This document shows positions 40,928 to 54,519 of a stretch of DNA of 64,000 bases, one piece after another. This stretch comes from Octopus sinensis (lineage: Eukaryota): positions 25,730,001 through 25,794,000 of the forward strand of contig NC_043015.1 of NCBI RefSeq assembly GCF_006345805.1, given 5' to 3'. The translations under genes were made by a program, and so were the position numbers. The first letter of the stretch is position 1. Each line of letters starts with the position of its first letter. The notes under the pieces are model-generated. The model saw nothing but the letters and a program-made list of their open reading frames with translations, did no database searches and was not told where the DNA came from.

Positions 40928-41023
40928 TTAAAGTTATCGGTAAACGTTTTTGATTTTCACTCTCGATAAATTCATCCCCTTTTTGTGTTCCCAGCACTCG
41001 GCATCTTTATTTAGGAGCCCTTA

Positions 41024-41065
<42 letters not shown>

Positions 41066-41875
41066 TGTGTGTTTATGTATGTATGCATTACGTATATATG
41101 TATGTATGTACACACACACACATATAACATCAGCGGTTCTTATGGCTGATAATTTCTATTTCTTCCCATCAAAAGAAATATCAGCAGGAAGACATAGGAA
41201 TGGTGTGGATTTCCTTACAATGGACATGGACAGGCCATGTACTGAATCCCGCCTGCTATGGCTTCAAGGCCATCCATTGTTTCACATATAGGCATTATCA
41301 GTCTCTGAAATGCCAATGAACAGCCGCCTATTCGGTTTTAATCTGGAATAGAATAGGATATCTGATCTAGCCCTCGTCTGTCAGTTCGGACCTTGTTAGA
41401 ATCGGACACTGATGATGTCTACATTCGGTTGATCAGCTTCTGCGTCTGTAGACATGTTGATCCTGTTCGAGCCGGTCTGGATTCTCTTATTAGTGTGTGT
41501 GTATCTATGTATGTATATGCATATATTTTATAAAAATATATACATACATACACGCGTGTGTTTATAACATTATAAAGAATATGAGGGGTTTAGTTCACTG
41601 ATGATCGAATCCAATAACTAAGTGACTGGTCATCCGTTAGGCTCCATGCAACATTATTCCTCCATCTTACTGCTTTCTTCTTCTAAATACTGTGAATTCT
41701 CTGTCTGCAACTTTCCTGCATACACACTTTGCCTCTAATGATAGAATATCCAGTGTATGGAGATGTCGACCCATCGCATGACCCATCTCATGATCATTCA
41801 TAACCGAAACGGTTCCTTACCCTTTGTCATGTGTGTGAGTGTCTGTGTATGTACGTGGTGTGTGTGTATGTGCGT

Positions 41876-41924
<49 letters not shown>

Positions 41925-43258
41925 TGTGTGTGCGTGCGTGCGTATTTCTGTGTGTGTGAGCAAGTTTTAAAACCGATATCCTTTCGAGGATGGCCAGCGA
42001 GAATAAGCCGGAATTTTTGCAGATAAAATTGATAAATATATTTAATTGTAGTGAAATATCTCTCGCAAAGTATCGCCTGTCAAGCAAATGAATATAACTA
42101 AAAGGCTGGAAACGGCGTTCACGAAGTCTAGTTTAATTTATTTCTAACACAAACCTTGAATGGAAATTAATGTCAATTGATATTGAAGACTATAAAGTAG
42201 GAATAAACTTAATGTTTCTCTGATCCTTTTGTTAGATTTAACAGGAGAAGCAATGCATTTCTTTTAATCTTTTTACAACAAATAATTTTTCCATTTTATT
42301 TTTGTTTCTTCTTTTTTGTGCCTTTGTTATTTTGTTATCGAATTAACAAACATTGCGCATGTTTTGCTTTATTGATATTATTTATCTGCTCTTCTTAACT
42401 TAATTAGATGAGTAAGAAATGTTTGTTTTGCGCGGAAGAACAAAACGCCATTATGGTTTATTCGCCCTCCACTGCTTACATAAAGATTTTACTTCCACTA
42501 AATTGGTTTTTATTTATTTACTCCTAATAACCAACCGACATTTTTGTCATTGCTTTCGGTCCTGCTGCTACAGTTCTCCTCCTCCTCCGCCTCCTCCTCC
42601 GCCTCCTCCTCCTCCTCCTTCTTCTTCTTCTTCTTCTTCTTCTTCTTCTTCTTCTTCTTCTTCTTCTTCCTGCTACTGTTGTTATTGTTGCCGTAGTAGT
42701 ACAGTTCTTATTTAGATCTACATCAGCCATCATTAAGTGGATCTACAGTCATAGGCGATCCCAAACCAGCTCACCAATTGTATATGAATATCTTTCTGAC
42801 ATAATACATCTAACGGGACGTTATTATATCTATCCTTTTTTTTATTATATTAAGACCCAATCCTGTAATTTGCAGGCAATATGGCTGATATTTTTTAACA
42901 ATATCACCAAGGAAATGGTTCTGCGTCGTTTTTGTAACCTGAACAGCCCCACCACACCCGGACACCACTGCGAACGAAGTCTTTGCAGTTCTTCTTAAAG
43001 TGTGTGATCCAAGACAGAGAAAACTGATTGAACCCATTAGTAAGCTGTTTGTTAGAACATTTTGAATGCCGAACCCTGTCGTATTGAATGGAGATGTCAT
43101 GCTGTAACAATTTAGGTTCATTCAAATTATTTGAAGATGAGCGTAGAGTGACATAAGTGATATGAAGGAGCAGGGCTTTAGCAGAATTTCTTTTTAAATG
43201 GAGATTTATAATGACTCAAACACAAACTGACGCACACATACATTCACATATACATATA

Positions 43259-43302
<44 letters not shown>

Positions 43303-43804
43303 TGTGTGTAAACATCTATTAGTCAATTCAATGAGACACATTAGCCAAGAAATGAGTTGTCCAAGATAACTCTACTTCTTAGAATTGGCCATTGGTAAGT
43401 CTTCCGTAAAGTCAGATCTTAAGACATGTTCTGAGTGATGCTCCCTTCCCCACCCCTAACCCATTTTCGTTCGCCTTTGAGAAAATCTGACAGAAACTGT
43501 ATACTTCTAACATGACTTCAGCGTTGAATTCCATGCTGACATGCAAAAGTCTTCAAACAAAACTAGCTGCTACCAATGAAATAATAGATATAAATACATC
43601 CGTGAGATAATTGGATTGAAAATATACGAAAATCTGGGTCTACTTTAAACGAGCAACTTCTTCTCTAACACCAGACGCATCACTGTCGTAAATATATGCA
43701 TTTATATATGTGTGTGTCTGTATATATATATATATATTATATATATATCGGTGCCCCAGCATGGCCACAGCTCATTAGCTGAAACTGGAAAAATCAAAAT
43801 CAAA

Positions 43805-43843
<39 letters not shown>

Positions 43844-44162
43844 GTGTGTGTGTATGTATGTAATATGAATATACACTTGCACGTATAAATATATATATAT
43901 ATATTATACAAAATATTTCACATCAACCCGGAGTTTCTACTTTTACAATCAGGGTGTTACGTTCTTATTACTTGTGTGATTTTTTGCTGCCCTGCCAACT
44001 GTTTATCTATTTTTTCCGTCTTAATTGTAAACAAGGGAAAAATACACACATCCATTTCTATATGTATATATGTATATACATGTTTATATATTTATATATG
44101 CATATATTTGTATATGTTTAAATATATACATATACACATTTTCATGCATAGATGCATATTTA

Positions 44163-44199
<37 letters not shown>

Positions 44200-44679
44200 T
44201 TTCTCCTTGTTCTGCTCCTCCTTTTAAATACATATACACTTATATTTAAATAACGGAGTAGAAAATATTTGCTGGGAAACGAAACCATTCCGTTGATTCT
44301 CTTACTGGATGAAATTTTGCAGTTTGATCTTCACTGTCAACAACGTTGCTGGTGAAATGCTTAATTCAGAATAATATTGCATTAATTAGCTGTCAATTAC
44401 TGTGGAATAGGATTGTTTCTTTACGAGACTATATAACTCACTTTCGCCAGTGCTAATGGCAATTGTCTAGCAAAATATATAATAAGCTAAAGTGTTTGAG
44501 AGATTTCTAATCGACGAGAGTTACTGTAACTTTATAAGAAGAGAGAGAGAGAAGGGAGAGGAGAGAGAGGGGAGAAGAAAGAGACAGGGGAAAGAGAGAG
44601 AGAGAGAAGAGATTCAGAACTATACATTGATAAATGGATAAGGATATACATACATATATAACTATATGGGTCATTTCAA

Positions 44680-44971
44680 AATGTAACCACATGTGAACCG
44701 TTGGCAATTTTCTTCCTCTTTTTCTATTCGACTTTCCTCTGTTTCTGAAGAAAAGTTCTGCTCGAAACGTTAAGACATTTTACAACTGTTGTAATACTTA
44801 CAATATTTAATAAAATGATGTAGTACGAAACGATCGTACCAAATTACCGGAGTCATTCTTGTTCCTTATTTTGATTCTAATCACCCCACGGAATTTTATG
44901 GATAACATCATACAGAATTCTGGTGCATCTAAATTAAGTGCCATATTCATTTGAATCTAAATTTTTGCTAA

Positions 44972-44972
<1 letters not shown>
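44680..44972 (+). mobile_element. Two abutting HHR-element fragments
   Basis: 44741-44776 gttt CTGAAGA aaagttctgctc GAAACGTT aagac (degenerate); 44785-44972 matches the reverse complement of ~15607-15790, with GTACGAAACGATCGTAccaaatt at 44823-44845. Confidence 0.7.
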
Positions 44973-45002
<30 letters not shown>

Positions 45003-45101
45003 TACATATATATATATATACATATATATATGTACATATACACACATATATATATATATACATACACACGCACACACACACACACTCATATATATATATA
45101 T

Positions 45102-45151
45102 ATAGATAGATAGATAGATAGATAGACAGACAGATAGATAGATAGATAGAT

Positions 45152-45197
<46 letters not shown>

Positions 45198-45199
45198 CG

Positions 45200-45289
<90 letters not shown>

Positions 45290-45290
45290 T
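45102..45290. repeat. (GATA)n microsatellite
   Basis: Direct observation. Confidence 0.95.
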
Positions 45291-45531
45291 AACAGAGTCA
45301 GGCAGACAGATGGATACATTTAATTGAAGATTGCGTTTGCGAGATCATCATTTGTTTAACTTGAACAAACGATGCGCACAATATGAACCTTTCAGGAGAC
45401 CGTTAGTACAATTCTGGTCTTATTCGTTTCGTTGTGGAACACTTTCAGCGAATGCAACTGATTGTTTCAAAGTTAGGAAATTCTAAATGTCTGCACCCCA
45501 CCACACAAACATACAAATACACACACACACG

Positions 45532-45564
<33 letters not shown>

Positions 45565-45669
45565 GTATATATATATATAAATATATACATATATACAATA
45601 TATAAATATGTATGATATATGCGTGCTTATGTATATTTTTGAATACACATACAGACGTATACTCATATA

Positions 45670-45707
<38 letters not shown>

Positions 45708-46721
45708 TATATATATTTGTATATATATATGTATGTATATATATATGTATATATATATATTTGCATGCATATATACACACCCATACGTATGTGTGTGTGC
45801 GCACGCCTGTGTGAGCGCGTTTGTGTATGGATGTGTGTGTGCGTGCATGCGTGTGTGTCTGTATGTGTGTATGTAATTTACTAAATACAACAGATATACA
45901 ACTTCTACGATGACCTACTTAAAACCATTCTCACGAGATTAATTTTAATGAAAATTGTGATAATTAGAAACAATATACAATATTTTTTTACTCTTGCTTT
46001 TATTTGTCATTTTCCCCTCTCCTCCATTCCCTGTTCTTCATACATATCTATATTTAAGTAAAAATGTATAATTTTACAACCTGCTTTAATTAGCTAATTA
46101 ATTTTACCTATTTCACTAATATCCATTTCCAATCCTAAGGCTTTTATGACGATTGTTCGCACGTAGTTTTTCTTTTATTTTTGTTGTTTTTCTGGGTTTT
46201 TTTTTTACTCTTAATTTATTCGTCATATGATTCATATTTAATATATTTAGGTATTTTCATCTAGTACCGGAAATAAATGAATCCATATTTGCTATTAAAT
46301 TGTATAATATGGTGTTGTATGTTATTGCATTACAATTTCATTTTTTATTGTTGTACAGTATTATAATTTTATAATAATGTACTTTAATGTAATGTATTAT
46401 ATTATATTATCGGTGCTCCATCATGGCCGTACTCAAATGACTGAAAAAAAGTAAAAGTAAATGAAGACTGTATAGCACAGTCATCCATTCTATGATATTA
46501 TCTTGTATTGCATACCACTACATAAAGCTATGCAAATACATAGGCACACACACACACAAACACATACACACATATAGGTACATGATTTAAAATTGAACTG
46601 CGATAAGTTTCATCCTCACCATAGTAATTTAGTCAGGTGAGCTTGTGTAGCTTGACGGGTACTATCGAACATTTTTTTGTATTCAAAATACAACAGGGTA
46701 CCCTACAATATATGGGACGCT

Positions 46722-47107
<386 letters not shown>

Positions 47108-47169
47108 AAAAATGAAGGAGGGCAAAACAATTTTCAAGTGAATTTATGCATAATACCCAGGTTGAACAG

Positions 47170-48440
47170 CATAGTCTACCTAAATGCGAATGTTCTTGAA
47201 ATGAGGAGAGGGAGAAAGGTAAACCGCCGTGGATTAGTTATTCCTGATGATGAGTATATAAGAGGAGTGAACAGAGAAGGCTACAAGTATCTACAAGTGG
47301 AAAAGTTATGTAGGTCTAAGCTAAGTGGAGAGAAACTGATCACATAGAACAACGTGTGAGCTGTAAAATGGACAAATGAAGAACTGGCCAGTATGAACCG
47401 AAAAACTAGGAAGATAATAACCATGCAGGGGTACCTTCATACTTGAGGTAACGTAACAAGGCTTTACTTACATAGGCAAGGTGTTGAAATGGAGGATAGT
47501 GTTACGAATGAGAACAAGTCCTTGCATGACTATATTTGAGCTTGTAATGAAAGAATGTTGCTGGCTGCACTGATTGAGAAGGTGTAGAGAGAAAACGAGA
47601 AGAGCCGCCAGGAGTAAAAGTTAAGGATTAAAGAAGAAAAGATCAGTGACTGGAAAGAGAAAGGCGTACACAGAGAACTTTTCCAAAAAGAACGGATGAA
47701 GCTGACGAAGAATCTGGAGATGGTTAAGACATGGATTTTTGAAGAGGAATAAGGACTGATTCTTGCCGCTCATCAACAAACTTTACGAACCTATTCAATC
47801 TAGTACAGCAATGATAAGATAGCAGACCCCACCATTTTATATAGTTTGTGTGAAACATCCTCTGCGACACATAGACTTAGTGGATGCTTCAATCTAGACC
47901 AAAAGGTATGCAAAAATGTTATGACAGTCATTGCGAATACAATAGGGTTGTTCAGGAAGCATAAGCTAGAAGTGTCTCAACATCTGATGCGAACACCAAC
48001 TTTTGCTAGAAACAAAGAATGGTCAGGTGAAACTCAAGTGGGCGATGCCAATCTACAAAGATAAGGTACTGCAACGTAATCAACCAGACATTACTCTCCT
48101 ACGAAAAGAGCGTAAAGAATGGACATTCATCGACGGAACAATAATAATTGCCGACCAGAATATTGGGAAGATAGAGAATGATAAAGTCGAAAAGAACCAA
48201 AATCTAGTATTGGAAGTGAAACGCATGCACGGAGTTTCGAAAGTGAGTGTGGTACATTTGTGATCAGTGATCTTGGGGGTCGTACAAAGAAAGCAATATC
48301 TTGATATGAAAGCTGCAAATGCTAAACTTTATTGGAAGTACACAGTTGTCGGCAACAATTGGAACAGCTTATGTATTGAGAAAAGTGTTGAGCCTCTAAA
48401 CTGCAGGGAACAGCTGAGACGTGACGTTGATAACTCTGGA
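47170..48440 (+). mobile_element. R4/Dong-like LINE, degenerate 3' half (RT end, zinc knuckle region, RLE endonuclease)
   Basis: MRRGRKV..GLVIPDDEYI...GYKYL; KWTNEELASMNRKTRKIITMQGYLH..NVTRLYL; GLILAAHQQTLRT; NQPDITL...FID; DKVEKNQNL..EVKRM; IGTAYVLRKVL; preceded by (AAT)n. Confidence 0.85.
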
Positions 48441-48447
48441 GAAGAAA

Positions 48448-48780
48448 AGGGAGACCCTTTCGGTCATGAATGACCATGGGATTGCTCATAGGAAGTTACC
48501 ATACCAGGCACAAGCCTGGGCAAGGTTGTTTATGGACGACCAGCAGTCGCCCATACATACCGGCCTCCCCTCTCGACGCCACCAGTGTTATCCAAGGGAA
48601 AGGCAAGGGCCGATACAGCTTGGCACCTGTGACGTTGCAACTCATTTTTACATCTGAGTGAACTCTAGCAACGTGAAATAAAGTGTCTTGCTCAAGAACA
48701 CAAAACGCAGCCCGGTACAGGATTCGAACTCAAAACCTCACGATCGTAAACTCGACGCTCTAACCACTGAGCCATGCGCC
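48448..48780 (-). mobile_element. tRNA-derived SINE, near full length
   Basis: Minus strand head ggcgcatggctcagtggttagagcgtc...gagttcgaatcc; homologous to 22981-23312. Confidence 0.85.
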
Positions 48781-48865
48781 TTCATAATAATAATAATAAC
48801 AATGATTAGTAGTAGAGACAATGATGGTGGTGGCGGTAGTGGTCGACGTCGTCGTCGTCGTCGCC

Positions 48866-48908
<43 letters not shown>

Positions 48909-49595
48909 AATTACGAATGTATTGTGAGAAGAGAATTCTGCAGAAGACGACAAGAAGTTACAGTAGACATAATAATAATAAGTTACGAATGAAGCAAAGC
49001 AATCTGTCAGATACATGAAGGTGAGACATAAAATAGAAGACAGCAATCAAGTATCATTAGAAACACTAACAGGTGTAATTAATTATGTTCTCTTATTATT
49101 CCCTAATTATATTCTTCGAGTTTCTTTTCTTTTTTTTTTTATTCAACTTCGAAGCAAGAAACAAATGAATTTCAAAACTGAACCTGAAGGCGAAAGAAAG
49201 ATAAGAAAATTGAAATTAAAAACTGACAACTATTTTCCCACGGCCCCTCTCCTCGCAAGAAAATGTGTGGGAGGAAGGGGAAACAAAAGTAGAAAAATAT
49301 TCAGGGAAACGCGTTTCTATGAATCATCTTTAGATAATTAGATATTAATGTTTGAGAAGTTGAATAATAATAATAAGAATAATAAAGAGTATTTTAGATA
49401 TTTATACAACAGTCAATTATATATTTGTCTATAATTAATCTGTATATTTGTATTATTTTTTTACATTAATATGCAACATTTATTAATTCCCTGTGTGTGC
49501 GTGTGTAGGTTGTGTGCGAGCGTATATGTATATATGCTATATGCATATATTGTTTATATATGTGTATACATATGCATACATATGTATACACATAT

Positions 49596-49654
<59 letters not shown>

Positions 49655-49859
49655 TATATAAATATATATAGACGATAAGAAAATGGAGGCAAAACAACAA
49701 ATAGAAGTGTGCCTGTTGTGCTAAAAAAGCATTATTTATTAATTAAGCAAGGTGTCGTATACCTTATACCAAGGACCATACTTACTGAGGTAATTACTAG
49801 GAGTGCCTCCGGATACTTCTATCCCTTAGAGGGCTTAAAACCTCTAATTTATACATTTT

Positions 49860-49905
<46 letters not shown>

Positions 49906-50374
49906 TATATATATGAAGGTCGATTACTCCACCTATAGATGCATTTCGTTGCCCAAAGCAATTCTTATACATGAAGCATGTACATTCGATTGTTGGAATG
50001 TAGAAGTTATCCTATCCCCAAACAAGGCAAACAGAAGACAGCAGATCGTGAAAATAGGAAGGCTCTTCAAGTGTAAACTTTTTCATATTTAGTAATGAAC
50101 AAAGAATGGGAAATCAAAGTTCATGAGGTAAAAAAAGAATTGAAGTGTATAATTGAAGTATTTATTTAAATTCTTGTAGTTTATTACGTCATCTTGTTAA
50201 ATAGGTTGGTCGTTACAAAATTAGTTTTCCTGTAGTGGTAGCGATTACAGAAGACCTTATTATTTACGCCGCTCTATGAACATATTTTTCCTATGACAGT
50301 GAACTGAGAAAAGATGAAGCAATACCAAGAATTTCCAAATGGAAACAATCTAGAAACAATTTTACGATTTATTC

Positions 50375-50802
50375 ATTATTTTCTACTCTAGACAGAAGGC
50401 CCGAAATTTTGGGGGAAGGGGCTAGTCGATTAGCTCAACCCCAGTGCGCAACTGATATCATTTCGACCCCGAAATGATAAAAGACAAAGTCGACCTCGGC
50501 GGAATTTGAACTCAGAACGTAAAGACAGACGAAATACCGCTAAGAATTTCGCCAGGCTTGCTAACGTTCCTTATTTCTTTATTACCCAGAAGGGGCGAAA
50601 CATAGAGGGGAAAAACAAGGACAGACAAAGGGATTAAGTCGATTACATCGACCCCAGTCCGTAACCGGTACTTATTCAATCGAGCCCGAAAGAATGAAAG
50701 GCAAAGTCGACCTGAGCGGAATTTGAACTCAGAACGTAATGGCAGACGAAATACCGCTAAGCATTTTGTCCGGCGTGCTAAAGTTTCTGCCAGATCGCCG
50801 CC
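50375..50802 (-). mobile_element. Two tandem copies of a tRNA-like SINE family with different tails
   Basis: Shared ~150-bp body (...ttctgagttcaaattccgc...gtcgactttg...) at ~50425-50570 and ~50635-50802; older copies near 8390, 18330, 18940 and 39570. Confidence 0.8.
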
Positions 50803-51643
50803 CTAATGAATTCCCAAACCAAAAGTAACCAAGAACAGACGTGATTAAATTGTTGTAAAAGTCAAATCAGTACGCTCTTTACAAGCTCTGGAACAATGCA
50901 CATATGGCAACTGAATGCTTTGAAACAAAAGCAAATCTCTAGCAATGCAGAGCCTTTCTAGATTGATACCGAGGAATATGACCCTTTTGACAAAGCCTCC
51001 TTAGTTTATACATTCTTTAATAGAAAGAAAAAAAGAAGCACACACACACACACACACAAACGAAACCAAGGCCATTGTTAAATGATCTATCAAGTTTTCG
51101 GGCAATAAAACAATGATTCACACTATCTTTAATAAAAACGCTTAAATATCTATTTTTACAAGAGAAAAACCTTTTATTTGTCATAGAAATAGACAAACCT
51201 GGTTGACTTTCATTAATCAACATTTTAATATATTTCTAAAGAGAATTCCAATTAAAAGTTGCCCAAGAATTTGAATAATCCATACTATGTTTATATCGTA
51301 ATGACAGGCCCATTAATACGAGTGTTCTGAATATAAATTTTAGAATATTTCAAAGACAAGCACTTGAAAACTGCAATTTAGTTAAATATTTTTGATACTA
51401 CTTTAGATTTAGAAGCAAACAGGTAAGCATTTCATATGATGTAGCAACACATTCCTAACAAAGCAATATTTTATGATGACAACATGCCTCCATCCATCAT
51501 TGCAATGGTTTTGGCGTCATCAATTCCAATTTGCCCTTGAAACGTTTGAAAATGCATGATGGCTAGATGTTAACTAGATATTGTGACAGGGTCCACCAAA
51601 AGACATATAATCTCAATTGTGTGTTATATATTATTATATATAT

Positions 51644-51688
<45 letters not shown>

Positions 51689-52554
51689 ATATATAATATA
51701 TATATTATATATATATATCTATATATATATATATATATATATATGCATGTATGTATGTAATGTATGTATGTATAATAAAATATAAAACTAACGCGATGCA
51801 GGAGTGTATATGCGTATGTGTGATACACTTATGCATGAGTGCTTGCATGTGGGGGGATGGTCGGGCAGGGTATATGCGGGTCAATGAATACGTACATATA
51901 TGTACATGTATGTGGCTCGCACATGCATGTGCACGTGTGCGAATATATATACATACATACAAACATACATATATATATATATATACACCAGAGTAAGCAC
52001 ATCAGTGCGAAACAAGGTGGAAAAAGTTAAGAATGGAGCTAGAGAAAGTTATATGCAGAAATACAATTACTTTGATAGATACACATTTGAAAATGGTTTT
52101 GTTTCAATAGTCCTTTCAACTAACGGTCTTTTCAATAACCAGTTGCATGAAATTACAATGGCTGTTTAAAATCACATTATTATAAAAATCGTGAATGCTT
52201 ATACAAAATAGTTGTTACAGACGAAAGAAAGAACAGGAAAAAATCAGAGAAGTGGGTGAGAAAGAAAGAAAAAGGGAAGAGAAAAGGAATTAAAAGAAAC
52301 AGAAAATTAGAGAGAGAAAGGGAAAGATAGGGAGAGGTAGAGCGAATGAAATGATTGACATTCCTATAAGTATCTAACTTTCGTTAGATACTTCGCTCAG
52401 CTTGCGAAATGCACACATAAAGCAACTTGCAATTCTATATAAATGAAAACATACATACAAATACACACACATATAGACGCGCATACGAATATACAAATAA
52501 ATATATACGCAAATACATGCCACAGGTACACACACACACATATATACATACATG

Positions 52555-52650
52555 GCGCAAGAGTGACTTTGTGACAAGCAGCTTGCTTACCAACTATATG
52601 GTTCCTGGTTTCTCGCTTCGTGGCACTTCGGGCAAGTGTCTTCTACGACG
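52555..52650 (+). mobile_element. SINE head fragment
   Basis: Matches the 5' head of the 61293-61701 SINE (agcttgcttaccaac..atggttcc...gggcaagtgtcttct). Confidence 0.7.
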
Positions 52651-52775
52651 TGTGTGCTGGTCCCTTGCTGGATACCGACAGTCTGATGTCGGACCAGTAT
52701 ATCTGACCCTGCCGGGTGCAACACTGTCACCATCACGGGCTTCTGTTTCATTACCACCGTTATTCACAATATTTT

Positions 52776-52875
52776 NNNNNNNNNNNNNNNNNNNNNNNNN
52801 NNNNNNNNNNNNNNNNNNNNNNNNNNNNNNNNNNNNNNNNNNNNNNNNNNNNNNNNNNNNNNNNNNNNNNNNNNN
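52776..52875. other. Assembly gap (100 N)
   Basis: Run of N. Confidence 1.
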
Positions 52876-53170
52876 TGCGAAAATTTTCAGAACATTTGTA
52901 ACGAGAAAGTCTTACAGCTGCTTCCTGGATATTTTATATATCCCTTCATGAGAGACGGTGTGAGAAAATGTTTAAGTAATATATACTATAGAGAAGATAT
53001 GAAATACAGAGTGAAGTGGGGGAATGAAAACAGTCATGCTAATATATGACCTACGTTGGACTCTTCATTCGTATCATCATCGAACCTGAAGATTAACTAT
53101 AGTCAGACCATAGCACTTACTTAGCATTACCTGACACCTTTGGGTCTTGACACCAATACCTCTCAAACCC
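52876..53170. mobile_element. Diverged copy of the 37783-38500 family with internal inversion and inactivated HHR
   Basis: 52876-53033 resembles the antisense arm (HHR remnant 52909-52956 with CTCATGA and GAAG); 53040-53170 resembles the sense tail 38365-38500. Confidence 0.75.
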
Positions 53171-53209
53171 TATATATACATACATAGATATATACATACA
53201 TATATATAT

Positions 53210-53246
<37 letters not shown>

Positions 53247-53458
53247 CACTCGTTGACGGATAGCTAGATAGCTGCATACACAGTCAGGTATAGGCAGATA
53301 GCTAAAGTGATATAAAGAGACAAATAGAGATATAAATAGTGTTAGATGGACACATCAATAAGAGACCTTTCATAGCTTTTCTCTGTAGGTTTTACAGCTA
53401 CAATCCAAAGACTCCTTACATCGAGGAGCTCATTGTCACATACATGGTGTGTGTGTGG

Positions 53459-53490
<32 letters not shown>

Positions 53491-53994
53491 AGTGAGAGAG
53501 GACAGAGAGAAAGGAGAAAAAAGAGAAGCGTAAAGGTGAGAGGAGAAAGAGAAAGTGTGTGTGAGCGTGGCTTCTATTTCGCTTCTGTCTAGTAATTAGA
53601 GGTTTAGATATGGAGGCTATCTTTTTTAATTCCACATCATACCACTTCCCGCTTCCTCCCTGTGTTCACCTTCCTCTCCTCCACCTCCTCATTGCTATTG
53701 TTTTCCCTGTCTCTATTGAATGCAATTCGTAAGTTATTTAGCATACTATCATATATGTGTGTGTGTGTGTATAGAGACATATACATATGTGTGTATACAC
53801 ACACACACACACACACACACACTATATATATATATATATATATATAATATTATATATATATATATATATACAGAGAGAGAGATTGAGAGAGATCTCCACA
53901 CGTGCATACATCTTTTCAATATATATATAACATATAAAAAAAGTATACATATATATGTCAAATATACATACATGCATCAAATAATATATATATA

Positions 53995-54034
<40 letters not shown>

Positions 54035-54519
54035 TGCGTGGTGTGTGTGTGTTGTGGGTGTATGTGTGTGTGTGTGTGTCTGGTGTGCGCGTATGTTTAT
54101 GTATGTGTGTGTACACATGCAAACACACATGCACACACTGAAACACACAAATATATAAGTTAGCGTTATGTTATGTTTGCCCTGAGAATCTTTGGTGCGT
54201 CGTAGTTTAATCCGGTTATTGTTAGTACCAGCTCTAGCATATTACCAGCGATGTCAACATGGCCTTTCAGCCCAACTGATAAAGCAACATCATTTCCTTG
54301 TTTTCGTACAACAATGACACATGGGTGATTAAGAAGTGAATAGCTACATCCTAACATCAGTCATAGGATATGGACTTGGGAAGTATAATCCATAAGAAGC
54401 TTGTAAAATTGGGGAAGGTAGAAAAGCCATAGGGGACGGCCGAAGAAGAGAGCCAGGAAGCAAGCTGCCTCTCTAGGTAACCCATGTAGGTTTATCGAAA
54501 CAACAGCAGTGGCAGCGGT

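Larger units (their letters stand above)
40257..41031 (+). mobile_element. Retrozyme-like element: 330-bp direct repeats around a 115-bp spacer, period 445 bp, inside (TA)n
   Basis: 40257-40586 and 40702-41031 appear identical; each holds an intact HHR; no coding capacity. Confidence 0.85.

Noticed and set aside
40257-41031. CRISPR array or ordinary LTR retrotransposon
   Set aside because: Only two long repeats, no spacer array, no TG...CA ends or visible primer-binding site; eukaryotic context; the HHRs explain the layout
41405-41460. CTGATGA followed by an ATGTCTACA/TGTAGACAT stem
   Set aside because: No GAAA, helix III or closing stem I after the stem
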